A program made the position numbers and the translations under genes. DNA of 64,000 nt from the human T2T-CHM13v2.0 reference genome, Homo sapiens. Of this stretch, positions 1 through 13,539 are shown in pieces. Under the pieces are notes generated by a model that had not been told where the DNA came from, ran no database searches, and was given only the letters and a program-made list of their open reading frames with translations. The first letter of the stretch is position 1, and each line of letters begins with the position of its first letter. The DNA lies in the NCBI RefSeq assembly GCF_009914755.1, contig NC_060931.1; one strand, written 5' to 3'.

Positions 1-532
1 AAGGGCCTTATGCATCGTGAGGGGATTTGAATCCTCAGGATTCAATTCAAATGGATGCAGCAAAGAATGACACAATTAATGATACATCTTTTATAAAGAT
101 TACTCTGTCTGTTGTGTGGGGGAGGGCAAGGAGACATGAAAACCACATAAGGGAATCCAGAGGTGATGAATGCCTGCTTAAGGCATCATGGCAGCGATGG
201 AGAAGAGGTGACAGATTTCTGAGAAATCAGGAAAAACAACAGGAGTTTGCAATGGATTGGCTGTTAAGAATAAGGAAAAGGGATGAGTATGAGGTGACCT
301 TTACATCCCTAAGCAAAGATGTGACAGCTGCAGATAGTAACCAAGTTATGAAAGTGGATGAGATAACCTTGATGGGTATGCTTGTTTTATGAGTGTAAAG
401 AACAGGACCAGACTCATAGCCCCAAAAAAAGACCCCCTCATTTTGCTTTACCTCCAGGGAAGCAAAGGGGCACAGGGTGAATCAGCTCTGTGCTCCAGGT
501 AACAGTCACAGTTCTGTACACTGTACTGTTTA

Positions 533-757
<225 letters not shown>

Positions 758-2293
758 TCAGGCTTTAGAAAAGAAGGTTAGCAGGTGCATTCTTTTTGAG
801 CATGGATTGGAATTGGATATTTGGGTTTCTAAAAATGAGACTTGGAACTGTTAGATCTCAATGTACCTCATTCTAGAACAACTTGACTTATGCACATATG
901 GGGTGCAGGGAACACTGTGTCAGACCTGACAGGAGAAAGTTAGTTTTTTAAGCAAATATTTCATGTCTCTCTTTTGGATTCCAGGTTCTCTGTGTTCTCC
1001 TACATAAAGATGGCAACAGTAGAAGGGAGACATTGCCATTCTGGCTGTCCTTGGGATTCAGACTTGGTAATGAACTGCAAACACCCTGGCTGCTGACGCC
1101 TGTCTGCCCCCAAGTTTTAGGAGACAGGGGTAGGCTGAGGGCTGGGGTGATCAGCAGGCTTGTATGCCTGGAAACCTGTGCACTAATTTTCGGTTCAATG
1201 GCCACATTGGAGAAGCTACTTTTAGGAGACCGCAAGGCTGAAATTGTATTAAAACGATAGGGTTTGGACCCTTGTTGAGAGAAATGACCCGCTAGATTAG
1301 AATCAACCAGCTAAGGTTTTTATTAGTATTTTTCACAATTACGAGTATTGGAAAGGTGAGGATGGCATATGGTGACAGGGTGCCAAATAGCAGGAGATGT
1401 GTATGTCAAAGTTTTGATCTGGGCTGGACTGTCATCTCCCTTCCCCAGCCTATGCTGTAAGGCAGTTGACTCATTTGTTGGAATGACAAATGGACATGCG
1501 AAAGCTTTTATAATGTATCCAGGTGAGAGAAAAGGCCCCTCCGTATTTTTTTTATTCTATCCTTGACTTTGTTAAGACTGTTGTTCAATTTTTGTATTTC
1601 TAATCTCACAGGCACACTTCAGGTCTGCATCCTTTATAACCAAGGGGATGAGCTAAGGTGAACGTCTATTCTACGATGGTTCATCTTTTGGGGATTCTGG
1701 GCTGTCTTTTTTGAAGCTTGCTGTAGAGCTGAGTCAACAAAAGCTTTATGTGAAACCCAACAAATTGTCACTACTCAAGCACCATGTTAATGAGACAAAA
1801 CAAGAGTGAACTTGGAAGTAATGTTTTGTTGGCTTCTTTTTTGTTTTGTTTTGTCTGTGTGTTTTTAGTTTTTGGTGCATAGTTTTGCCGTGGGAAAAGT
1901 GTCCAGGAATGGCTTTCTCTCCCTTGACTGTCTTTTTAGTGACGTTGCCCATGATCAGGATTGCACAACATGAAACGTTCAGTGAATATTTGAAAATCCT
2001 TTCTTTCCTGTTTCTGCATCCTGTAACCACAGTAACAAGAATTCTTGAGGTGGCAGGAGGTTTTTTAAGACAGCAAATTATGGTTGAATTGTTAATAAAT
2101 ATTGCAGATGAAGTGGAGAAATGACTGGTTTTGTGTAAAGTGGCCTTCAGTGTGCAAATGGATATGTCCTTTTGTGCAAAACCAATTAAGTCTAAATATA
2201 CTGTATATGGTCGCTTTTGCCACAAAATTGTTAATTCCTTCCTGCCGCACAGGAGAGGAGAGGATTGGCGAACACTATATTAAGATCAGGTGA

Positions 2294-2636
<343 letters not shown>

Positions 2637-3994
2637 TCATCGGGGCGCTCATCAGGGCCGACACTGGAGCAGAAGACAGCTGAGAAGTCAGAGAGGGAAT
2701 GTTAAATTTAGCCCACAAGGTTGAACTGCACCGTGTAAGTAAACACACTGTGACTTGCCATGTCCTCCTGCTGACTTGGAAGATGTTTACTAACAAATCT
2801 GCCCTGTGGAATTGTCAAGAACTTATTGAGGCATGTCCAAAGTTAAAATCATCATTTTAAGGACATGCAACGTTCTTCACAGCCCTCACCTGAAATGCCT
2901 GGCCTGGGCGAGGTCAAGGAGTGGGGGATACCTTTTGGTAATAAACAGTCTAAATTGGATGAGATGACCCTCCCCTCCAATCCCCAAGGGCTAGTGAGGG
3001 ATGGGGTTTTCTCATCATTCCAGTTGCTTTTTTAAAGAAAAGAATGCACCATTCTCACCCTTGCCTTCCCTAAGGCTCCTCTGAGTTGGGCTGTGAATAT
3101 TATTATAATTCAGTGGGTTATCTTCTTATACTAGAAGGAAAATTACAAAGCACGCTTTTTTCCCCAAATTCCCTGACCATAATGCATACCTGAAGTTGTA
3201 ATGCCAAATTCACACAAAAATTTTCATACCCTCTTAGCTACAGTTGTGATATTTCTTTGGTCCCTTATTTCTGTCATTCATTATTTATAAATAAAATGAG
3301 AGGAAACTTTAAAAATCTTAAAATTTTGCAGCTTAAAATGAACTCATGATATTAATGGTTTATATGGGGTTTTTAAAAGCATATTGTATGGGAAATGCCC
3401 TGCCTTTCTAAAATAAATAAATAAATACATACATAATATCTCCAGTGAATCAGGATTGAGGCTCCTTGCTCTCCACTTTCTTGTTGACCATCATTCATAA
3501 GTCCCTCTCAGGGGTTCAAAAGCTTGTTTCCAGGCAGCAAGAATCAGACTTTGAAGCCTATGCCCTTCAAAACCTGCATAAGGTTCATAACCCACACAGT
3601 GGAGTCTGCCAGTGAAAATGTGGACTCAACACATTTTAGCCAAAACCGCAACTGCCTCTGCTTCTAGTCTGTGACACCAGAGAGCCCATGAGTTTCTAGT
3701 CAGCCAACCTGGTTTGTCCTTTTTTAAACAGAAAATGGCAATAGCAAGGATTGATAAATACTATTTATACTCCAGGGATCCTCTAAGGTCTCATGTCTTC
3801 CTTGAAGCCTGCTCAGCCTGAAAAACATGGTCATTTCTGGCCTCTTGGTGGCCTTCCTCTCTGGGGAACCAGCATGGCTGCCCAGTCCTGTGCTGTGCAT
3901 TGCACAGTGGCTTAACTCGCTATAGTGTATGCCTCTCTGCTTGGTGCATGCGTATGCCCTTAAGAGCAAAGACAGCTCTGATACCCTGGGTCTA

Positions 3995-4330
3995 GTTCAT
4001 TCATTCACTCACTCACTCAAGTCATTTATTCATTCGTTCATACAGTAGTTATTGAGCCAGATCCAATTCTACTCTTCGGGGATATTTTTGTGAACAAAAC
4101 AGACAGAATATTTTTTCCTGATGTGGAGTCCTTGGGGTTAATGAACATTCAACTCATAATCACAAATGGAAATTTTCCACAATGATAATATAAACTTATA
4201 CCCTATGATAAATGTGACAGAGGAAAAAGGAATATGGTACCCTCAGAGAAAACAGTGAATGGCCTTATTTAGATTTGGGGTCAGAAAAGGCCTCTGAAGT
4301 GGTGATATTTAAGCTGAAACCCAAAGATAC
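3995..4330. mobile_element. L2 3'-end remnant
   Basis: (TTCA)n-like start and ...GTGAACAAAACAGAC motif typical of L2; boundaries approximate. Confidence 0.55.
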
Positions 4331-4709
4331 ATGGTATCCCCGTACAGTAGGGCTAACAAGTATTTCTTGCTTTGAGAAATGATCAGCCATTTCTAAGGTC
4401 ACGTGGCTGGTATGAACCTTATAACTGTGGAGAATCCTCCTGGCTGTGGCTTCCAGGGCAACCCCTTCCCTCCTTTATTTGCCACCAATCTCCTAATGTT
4501 CTTTCTGGTGTTCCCTGGCTCTACTAACCCGTGGAAACCTCCACCATGTCAGCTGAAGCTACAGCTGAAGTGAAGCAGGTGTATCTCAGGGCTACTTGCA
4601 GAAATAGGACAAAACTTTTTCCTGCAAATATATTAATGAAGCATCTTGCAGTCCATCAGACACTTATCCTAATGAAAGAGCATGTATCCTTGGTAGTCAT
4701 CGTTGCAAA

Positions 4710-4830
4710 GTGAAAAGCACATGGCCTTTGGGATTCAGCTGATCTGGGTTTGAACCCCAGCCCTGTAGCCTCAAACAGACGATTTCTTAGTCTCAGTTTC
4801 CTCATCTGTAAGATGAGGGCAAACTCACTT
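4710..4830. mobile_element. MIR
   Basis: CTGGGTTTGAACCCCAGC...CTCAGTTTCCTCATCTGTAAGATG core. Confidence 0.7.
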
Positions 4831-5611
4831 TAAACGCACAAGGTCTTGTGAGGACTAATGTAACACACCCAGGCACAGAAGACAGTCACCAGACATTCAT
4901 TGTAATCTTCTGCATTCCCTTTCTCCACAACTTTCTGACCTCTATGGGTCCCAGTTTCCCCTGAGCTCCCCAGTTCTCCCCTATGCTCCATGATCACATG
5001 AAGACCACCATCCTCCATTCAAAGCCAGCTCCTAGAGCATGAATCTGCTTCCCTTAAGAGACACAATGGGCCCAGCATGAGCCACCCAGGACCCAATAGC
5101 AAGGAGGATGTGAGTACCTAAGGACTGAGCAAGACTTCGGTCTTGCTCAGCAGAACAGTCCAGGGGATGACAGGGCACAGGAGCAACTCCCATCGTCAAG
5201 TGGGGAATCAGTCAAGGATTTGGTCCAGGAGGGGACCTGGGGCACCAAGCAGGATGATCATTCAAAACCTGAGAGCAGGGGCCAGGTACTCAAGGACAGA
5301 AGCCCTGGGGTGGGGAGTGCAAGAGAGAGGAAAGAGGGGCTATGATTTAGGGCTCCCTAAGACCTCCAGGAGCTTGTGCACAAGATAGGCACTTGGGACT
5401 TGGTCATCTAAAATAAAGAGTCCCTTCTAGGTCACCAGGAAAAGAGGTGTGAGCAGGACCCAAAAGTGTCTCTCCCATAGGTAATCTGAGATCAGCCTTG
5501 GGAGTGGGACGGGGAAGACAGAGAACTGCAAGAGGAGAAACTGACAGCAGACAGGACATTTTGCTTATCTGAAAATGCTACTATAGTCAAATCCCTTTTA
5601 CTCCCTTACAG

Positions 5612-5744
5612 GTAAGCACAGACACCTCCAGCTTGCGAAGGGCAGATCCGAAAGGCCGGAGTGCGCTGTTGGCTGATATCCAGCAAGGAACTCGCCTGCG
5701 CAAAGTCACGCAGATCAACGACCGCAGTGCCCCGCAGATCGAGA
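5612..5744 (+). CDS. WIPF3: WIPF3/CR16 internal coding exon (approx. exon 3), WH2 actin-binding motif: VSTDTSSLRRADPKGRSALLADIQQGTRLRKVTQINDRSAPQIE
   Basis: Pyrimidine tract + CAG acceptor (5609-5611); GTAAGT donor at 5745; translation has the WH2 signature (R-x-ALL-x-DI-x-x-G-x-x-LRKV). 133 nt, phase 0-1. Not in the ORF track. Upstream exon(s) lie outside the window. Confidence 0.96.
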
Positions 5745-5999
5745 GTAAGTGAGCAGCCGGGCCAGGCCTCCTGTGAGCCAAAGACAGGACAGGCATGTGA
5801 GGCACAGCCAGACACCCCTGGCTGGGGCCACAGCTGCTTCCCAGGATGCATATGGAGCCATCTCAGACCTGCTCATTGGACAGGCCAAGTGGGCGAGAGA
5901 ACCAGAGCTTTCCCTCCAAATCTGCAAATGGTTTAGAGCATAACTTCCATCCTTTTCATATGCTAAAAAGAACAACTCTGCAATGGGACACCTATTTAA

Positions 6000-6400
6000 A
6001 AATTTTGATAAAATACACATAATATAAAATTCATCATTTTAACCATTTTAAAGTGTTCAATCAGTGCCAATTATTATATTCACAATGTTGTTGCAACAAT
6101 CACCTCTATCTAGTTCCAGAACATTTACATCACCCCTAAAGGAAATCTCATACCCATTAGTAAGTCATTCCCCATTAGTCCCTGGCCCTTGCCAACCCAA
6201 TCTACTTTCTGTCTCTCTGGATTTGCCTATTCTGTTATTTCAAAGAAATGGAATCATGCAATATATGGCCTTTTGTGGCTGGCTTCCTTCACTTAGCATA
6301 ATGTTTTCAAGCTTCATAGATGTTGGAGCATGTATCAGTACTTCACTCCTTTTATCATTGAATATTTAATTGTATGGACACACCACGTTTTGTGTATTCT
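6000..6400 (-). mobile_element. L1M (L1MB-like) 3' end fragment
   Basis: Characteristic antisense L1MB 3'UTR text (ATAAAATTCATCATTTTAACC...TGGCTTCCTTCACTTAGCATAATGTTTTCAAG). Confidence 0.8.
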
Positions 6401-6778
6401 TTGTAGGGTAACATTTAAAGATCACTCACCTTGTGTCAACATGGTCCTTAAACTCAGTGATAGAAAGTGAAGGGCTCACTTTGTAAAAAATGCAAAATTT
6501 TTGTTTCACTTTTCACAAGGAGAAAGATTTATTAAGAATTCTGTTTCAGAGGATGATATGACTGAAGCTTGCTGTCTTCTAGAATGTGACAGAGTAAATT
6601 GAGTCCTGTGCTCAGGTCAGACGACCCACATTGAGTTCTGGTTCTGCAACCAGACAAATCGGGGAGCCTCTTTGAGGATGTTTGGTCATCTGTGAAATGG
6701 GGAGACAATACCTGGCTCCTTTTTTTTTTCTTGGTCGATTGTTGAAAGTTGAAATAATATATGCAGAACTCTTTAGTA

Positions 6779-7706
6779 CAGATCGAGCATCCCTAATCCA
6801 AAAATCCCAAATCTGAAACTTTTTGAATGTCGACATGATGCCTCATGTGAATGATGAAGATGACGTTAACCCTGAAGAAAATGTGCCTCCAGGTGACATG
6901 GTGGAAATGTATGATGTGTTTACTGAAGGACAAGAGTAGCATACATTCATAACAGAACAAGAAATGATGTCAGTTTACAAAATCAGAGAGAGGCTTCTGA
7001 GACAAAAACCATTGTTGATGAAGCAGATGACTCTGGAGGAAACATTTTTAAAAGCCAGCTAGCAGAATGCTGCCTCAACTCTAGAGGACCTACTTCCTGG
7101 TCTCTCAGTGGTTTCTGATGTTTCTTCTCACCTAAAACAATGAGATCCAGTGTCCAGTAACCTTTAATCAAAACACAGCATCGCAGGAGACTGAAAGCCT
7201 GCCTTTGTTTGTTGCTGCCGTTGTCTAACAGCTGATCCGGGTATTCTGGTGATACTACTGTGTTGCTTAGTTACCTTGAACACATTATTTTTTTGCTGTG
7301 TTAATGGTATGCCATATTTTTAACTGCTAAGTACTTATGTGTGAAGAAGTGTAGGAAAATGATTGCTTATTGGTAGCATAGAAATTCAGTGTCAGGAATG
7401 ATGGTAATGGACAAACCACAGATTGTCCACATGGGAGGCTGAGACGGTGACACCTTTGCTTTCTGATGGCTCCATGAACGCAAGCTTTGTTTTATGCACA
7501 AAATTATTTTAAAATATTGCATGAAATTAATATTTTATTAACTTCAGGCTGTGTGTAAAGGTACATATGAAACAAATACATTTCATGTTTAGACTTGGGT
7601 CCCATTCCCCAAGATATCGCATTATGTATATGTAAATATTTCAAAATTTTAAAAAAATCTGAAATACTTTGGTCCCAAGCATTTTGGATAAGGGATACTC
7701 ACCCTG
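6779..7706. mobile_element. Tigger4/Zombi (MER46-related) Tc1/mariner-pogo DNA transposon, internally deleted
   Basis: ~25-bp terminal inverted repeats (CAGATCGAGCATCCCTAATCCAAAA / TTTTGGATAAGGGATACTCACCCTG), TA duplication at both ends, decayed transposase C-terminal coding remnant inside. Confidence 0.82.
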
Positions 7707-7846
7707 TAATGTAAGGTATTATTATGTCTTCCTATGTTTTGCTATGATGTGCGTGATGGTAATTCTTAAAGATAGTCCTAAAAATAGAATTATATCTCCT
7801 ATCTGTAATTATAAATGTCAACACACAAGGATAGACAAATTTTTAA

Positions 7847-7886
7847 AGAAATATTTTCAACATTGAGAAATATTTTCAACATTGAG
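7847..7886. repeat. Perfect 19-bp tandem duplication AGAAATATTTTCAACATTG x2
   Basis: Seen directly. Confidence 0.95.
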
Positions 7887-8790
7887 TACATTAAAAATTA
7901 GTTTCTGGTTAAACCCATGATCGAATTGGTTAAGCCTAATTAACAGGTAAATCAATTTCATTGAAACACTCACTTCCTAATCATTCTCATGAGTAAGTAA
8001 TGTACAATATTAATACTCAGAATAATCTGGCCACTTTCATCCACCAGTGGGCACTGTGCCCTAATTTCTCTGTGCATATTAGCTTCAAGTTGTTAAATAT
8101 TTTCTGCCAGGAATTCTTGTCTAAGCTGAGTATCTTCTCGTTTTCTGTAGTTGGTAATCACACATGTCTGGAAGGCTGGAGTTAGTGACACCTTTCCTCA
8201 GGGGCTCATGATCTTTCCGTTCCATAGATGAAAAGGTGCAGGGAGGTGCGAGGGGCTGGGGGCTTGAAGGCTGGAGAGACAGGAAGGAAACTGCCAGGGC
8301 ACAGTCATGGCAGGCTTTACCTCCTGCCTGCTGTTCTGGTCAGCGCTCTGTGGACAAGAAGTTAAAATGACTGACTGAATTAAATCTGTGGGTTTTCTTT
8401 GTCTAGTCCTCCATAGCCAAGTTGAAAATAAGAGCAGCTCTACACCTACCACATTTGGGTTTTCTAATTCGAAGGTGCTGCCAGTTGCTCTGTTAGCATC
8501 TACAAAATGGCAGTGTTCAGGTCCCTTTGTTTTGGTCACTTTTCAGGGGAGCTGGGCACAGATGGTTAGTTCTTTGGTAGGACTGGAGAGGGCAGGGCAT
8601 GTGAGTCTACAGGGTATCAAGGCAGAGGGTGCTTGGGGAGGATGCTGAGTGAAAGGATGACATTGGAGGTGGGAGAATGGGAAGGCTGACAAGGGCAGTG
8701 GTAGACCAGTGTTAGACCATGGTCTGAAATGAGACCTGGCTGCTCAGCTCTGCTCTCAAGTCCTTGCCTATTTGTGTCTTCTCTCTAAAG

Positions 8791-8922
8791 GTTCTAAAGG
8801 AACCAACAAAGAAGGAGGAGGTTCTGCAAACACACGAGGCGCGAGCACACCTCCCACCCTGGGAGATCTGTTTGCTGGTGGCTTTCCTGTATTGCGACCA
8901 GCAGGCCAGCGGGATGTAGCAG
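8791..8922 (+). CDS. WIPF3: WIPF3 coding exon (approx. exon 4): SKGTNKEGGGSANTRGASTPPTLGDLFAGGFPVLRPAGQRDVA, second verprolin-homology motif
   Basis: ctctctaaag acceptor, AG|GTAAGG donor at 8923; 132 nt, phase 1-1, in frame with flanking exons; LGDLFAGGFPVLRP resembles the WIP LGGLF..GMPKLRS motif (ORF 8772..8969). Confidence 0.95.
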
Positions 8923-9309
8923 GTAAGGAAGAATTCATTCTGGCTCCCTTGTGGTCTGTATCTCCTTAACTTGTGGAACCATCTGGGCAATCCACACATG
9001 CCAGTAAGCAACATGGTTTTACTGAACGGGCATGATAGAGTAGAAGATCATGTTCTTGGGACCTTAAGCACTAGAAACTTCCAAAGTACAAAATGGTTCT
9101 TGAGAAATCTTTTAATTCATCATCCTGTTTAAATTATTCCATTGTAATAGCTTAAAAATGACTTGTAATAGTGTGTAATACTTAGTGATGGCGTGATGGT
9201 AGCCCAGACTGCAAAGTGTATATAAACAGAAGGTCCAAATTGTAATAGAACTTCATAGTGACATCACTGTGGATGCATTAGCAATGCATGAGTTGTAATG
9301 ATTCGGTCA

Positions 9310-9850
9310 TCATATCAGTTAGGTACTGCTGTGTAACGAAACACCCTAAAACTTAAAAGCTTTAAACAATCATTTTTTAGCCTACAATTCTGTGGGTTAG
9401 CAGCTTAGAGTAGTCTTGGCTGGGCTCCCTCTTGCATCTATAAAGAACTGCAGGTTGTGTAGGTAGCTTTGCTAATCTTATATTTCTCATATTTTTCCAA
9501 CCTCTGGAGCCTCAGCTATAACCACTGGCCTGACTCACCTCTATCACGTGGTCTCTCAGTATCCAGCAGGCTGTCTGGGCCTTGTTTTCATGCCAGCAGC
9601 AGGGTTCCAAGAGAGAAGACAGAAGTATAAATAAAGTCTCTTGAGGCTTAGTCTTGGAAGTATTACTAGGATGTAACTTGGAAGTCTAAGAAGTATCACT
9701 TCCTACCACATTCTCTTAGCCAAAACAAGTCACAAGGATGGGGAAATAGACTTCGCCTCTTGATGAGAGGAACTGTAAAATCATATTTCAAAGATTATGG
9801 AATCAAGCATAAGTGGGTAATGAAGGCCATGTCTGTAATCAGTCTACCTC
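9310..9850. mobile_element. MaLR LTR (old MLT1 subfamily)
   Basis: TATCAGTTAGG..TGCTGTGTAAC..ACACCCTAAAACT start and CAGTCTACC end resemble MLT1J/K; approximate. Confidence 0.6.
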
Positions 9851-10649
9851 AGTGATTTTTGTTTCAGTGGGCATCAGATGTTTTGAAAATATTGCATTAA
9901 AATTGAACAAATACAAATTTACTCTGAGAAAAAAAACCTGTTTTTCCTATTCTTGTTCTCTTTAACCAGCAAGCTGAATAAACTCCAGGAATACCATTAA
10001 TACAGGAGGAAATACAAAGGCCCAAACCTTCCTCGTACCAGATCTTCCATCATGCGACTTTTCTAACTTTTTCAGTGGCTTCTGTGACTGTTTAATGTTA
10101 TGGGATGATTATGCTGCCTCACTCACCAATAAAAGTCCAGCAAAGAAAAAGACTCTAGGATATTTTGAGATCCAACTTGAACCTTCTCAGGGGCCATGTT
10201 CATTTCCTCATTTTTGCTGAGGGGTTAGCAGGAAAGGTAGAGTACAAGGTCTTCCTCAATAAAGACAGTGGATATTCTTCAGTGTCCTCTTCTTTTTCAA
10301 AATTCCCGAGTGCTATCAAACAAATATCCTTTGGAATAGAAGGCTTCCACCAGTTTCTCTTCATAGAAGATGGGAGAAATGGGCCCCAGTCAGGTTTTCA
10401 TAGGAAGCAGCCAAAAATAGCCAGCAGGAGTCCTACTGGTCTGCTTGTCACCAGTGGGACATAAGTGTCAGATGTTTGAGCCGCTGTAATGGGGAAGACA
10501 AGAATTTATCTCTTTAGAGATGGAGGTCCATAAGGAAGTGACTAATGATGCCTGTTCCAGGATGGAAACTCAAGGAGAAAGCCACCAGATAAACACATGG
10601 ACTGGGTACCATGTCAGGGCAAGGCAGGCCGTGGCTCCCTGCTCCCAGC

Positions 10650-11170
10650 ACTTTCCCAACAGCCCCCTTCTCATCAGAGGAAGGGACTTGAGCCTTTGCT
10701 CCCTCTCTGATCTTCTGGCCTACCTTTCTTGGTGGTTCATGCCATCCCCTCCACTCACACTATCCTCCTTGCTGCTCTCACACACCAGCATGTTGCTGCC
10801 ACTGGGCGCTTGCACCAACTCTCCCTTGGCCTGAAAGGCTCATCCGCAGGTGTCCACGTGGCTCAGTCTCTCCCTTCCTGCAGGTCTCTGCTCAGGTGGC
10901 AGCTGATCAAAGTGTCCGTGAGGTCTTCACTTATTATCCCATATAAAGGTTTAGTCCTATCCTTTCATTCCATATCTCCTTTTCCTCAATTTACTTTTCT
11001 TGTATTACTCGGCACCACCTGACATATCATGTATTCACTGGTTTATCTGTTTATTGTCTGTCTGATCCATCTGAAGCTAAGCTCCGTGAAGGCAGGGACT
11101 ATGTTTTGTTCATTGCCATAGAAATGCCTGGCACATGGCAGGTGCTCAGTAAATACTTGCTGAATTGCAT
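10650..11170. mobile_element. L2
   Basis: TAAGCTCCGTGAAGGCAGGGAC...TGCCTGGCACATGGCAGGTGCTCAGTAAATACTTGCTGAATTG L2 3' end. Confidence 0.75.
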
Positions 11171-11184
11171 GTGTGAATGGTAGT

Positions 11185-11425
11185 GTGGTGGCTGACATTC
11201 ATTAGGGACCATAGCACAGTGTCATGGGCTCATGGTACTTTTAGGGACCCATGAAAATATTTAAATTTCTTTTAAAATCAGAAGAAAACATATGACCTTT
11301 TAGGATCAAAGAATGTATTTGTCTTTGTACCAATGCAGTCATGAATATAAATATTTTTTTAATAGAGAAGAGGCCCACAAAGGCAAAAGTGCCTAGGGAC
11401 CCTGGAGTCATAATGCAACCTTGGC
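11185..11425 (-). mobile_element. MER53-like hAT MITE
   Basis: GGCCCACAAAGGCAAAAGTGCCTAGGG..GTCATAATGC end with an AT-rich core. Confidence 0.6.
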
Positions 11426-13539
11426 CTAGAGCTCTAAGGGAGTGAGAATTACAATAAGATATGATGAGTAAACATTATTTCTGGGTTGAATAGAATATGT
11501 AATGAGACTTCCAAGGTCTTCTGGAGAACATTCAGATTTGAGGAAGAAGAAATATTTCATCTTTTGCTAAACCTGCATGTTCTAAAAGCTGAATCCTTTC
11601 CTATGGGCACAGCATCCCTGATGCCCTCAATCTGGCCTTTCCCGCCACCTCCTGGCCTCCTTTGTGTTTTCTCTGGATTTCTAGGGCTCGGGTTTCCATT
11701 GTGAAGGACAGCCTCCTCCCTTACTTCCTTCAACTCCCTCGGAGCTCTCTGTCGGCCCAGGCCTGCCTCCTCCACTTGCCTGCACTTACACCATCAGCCC
11801 CTTTCTCCTCTGCAGTCTCACCTTCCTCCCTGAGGGGCATGCCCGCCCTCGCTTCTGCTGCGCATGTTAGGATAAAAATGAGTTTGCCCACATTTCTCAT
11901 TTGGTTGGTGGCTTCATCAACACAGGATCCCCTACTTTTAACTGACTCACTTTAAGGGTTTTTGAATCTCTGAGACATGGTGTCCTCAGTTACTTAAAAG
12001 GTTTGGATAGGCTATTTAAGGGTAGGCTTTGCTCTGTTTTGTAAACTTTCATTATCCCTTTCAATTTCATTCAGCCACTGGGCATGTAGGTAGGCTCTGC
12101 CTTGTTTAGGCAGCTGCCTAGGTTCTCCTCGTCATCTTTTTGTATTATATGGAAAAAGGTTTGAGAACTTCTAGGCAGGAATCCCTGAGCTGACACCTGC
12201 TAATACCATCCTCACCCTACCTTAAGAACAGCCATTCCATAATGTGGTTGGAATATTATGGTCTAGGTGACTGTCACATTATAGCCAGAGGGGCTCATAT
12301 TTGGAAAGCCAGATACCAAGGTCTTGCCTACTTAGCTTCACCTGAGTCACCTCTGCTAGGCCGTGCTTTGATTGGCCTGGCTTTTGACATCCAGTACTTT
12401 AAGTGTATGGCTTAGCCCCTGATTGGGGTAAACACACAGGAGACTCAAGTACTGCAAATCTCAGAACCCCCAACAGATGCTGGGGTTTCTAATCTGAAAT
12501 GAAAGCTGCAGGTCCCATGCTGCAGCACCCAGGAAGTAGTGGGTGTGAGAAAACATCATTTTTCAAGTGTTGTCCACATGTTGTCATGGTGATTATAAAA
12601 TATAGGGGAAAACACCCCCCAGAATTCTTATAAAAAGAGCACTAAATCTGGAAGAAATATTTTAATCTGCCTCCTGAGTAGACAGTGATACTCCAAGGAC
12701 ATCTCTAAGCAGTAATTGCAGAACTTCGAGGCAGTAAACAACGAGAGGAACTTTTTCTTATTAGAGAGAGGCAGAGCGAAAAAAGGGTGAGAACTAGCAA
12801 AAAGGTGCAAGGCTGTGCGGAGTATAGAGGCCCCTCCTGGGGACGTGCTCCACCTGAGTCTTCCATGAAAACCAAACGCAAATGCTTATCAAGAGCCAAT
12901 GGTTGTTGTTGAATTTAAAAGAGGAATTGAATTTCAAGCTGGGGCAGATGCAATGAAGGATCTATAGGATGAGAAAGCCAAAACCCTTGGGAATTAGCAT
13001 AAGTCTTTGGGAAAGGAGGTTTTGAACTTCCAGAGGTCATAGAACTGTGAGGTTCAAGGTCATTGGACCTGGGTTGTCAAGGGCAAATGTCTCCCTCCAG
13101 TCTTACCTTATGTATTCAGGGAATCATGAATTTTCTGCTCTCAACACAGAAACAAAGAAAGTCAAATTTCACAAAATGCTGGGAGTGAAGAAAACCTCCC
13201 TAGCCAGGAGTGCTGGTTGGTACACCTGAGGGTCCAAATTAGAGCATAAGGGCTGATGGACCTAGCGGGTGTCAGTGAATGAGTTCGTGAGTGTGGCCTT
13301 GATTAGGAAGGGCAAAAGACACCCGGGCAGTCCTGGCCCTGGCTGGGATACTAGAGGCCCAAGGCAGATGACAGCACAGGTGGCATGGATAGGAGGGCTG
13401 GAGGCCTGACCTGGGCTTGTCATTAATGCTGGCAAGGACTTTGGATCTGGTCCAGTTGGTCCTTCTGGGTGACAGCTGTGGCACCTGAGGCCTCTCAGTG
13501 GACACGTGCAGAAAAAGCGGTCTACAGTGCAGCTCACTG

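Noticed and set aside
1580-1670. Acceptor-like ttttgtatttctaatctcacag followed by a possible short exon
   Set aside because: No convincing downstream donor and no fit to the WIPF3 reading frame; cannot be supported without RNA data.
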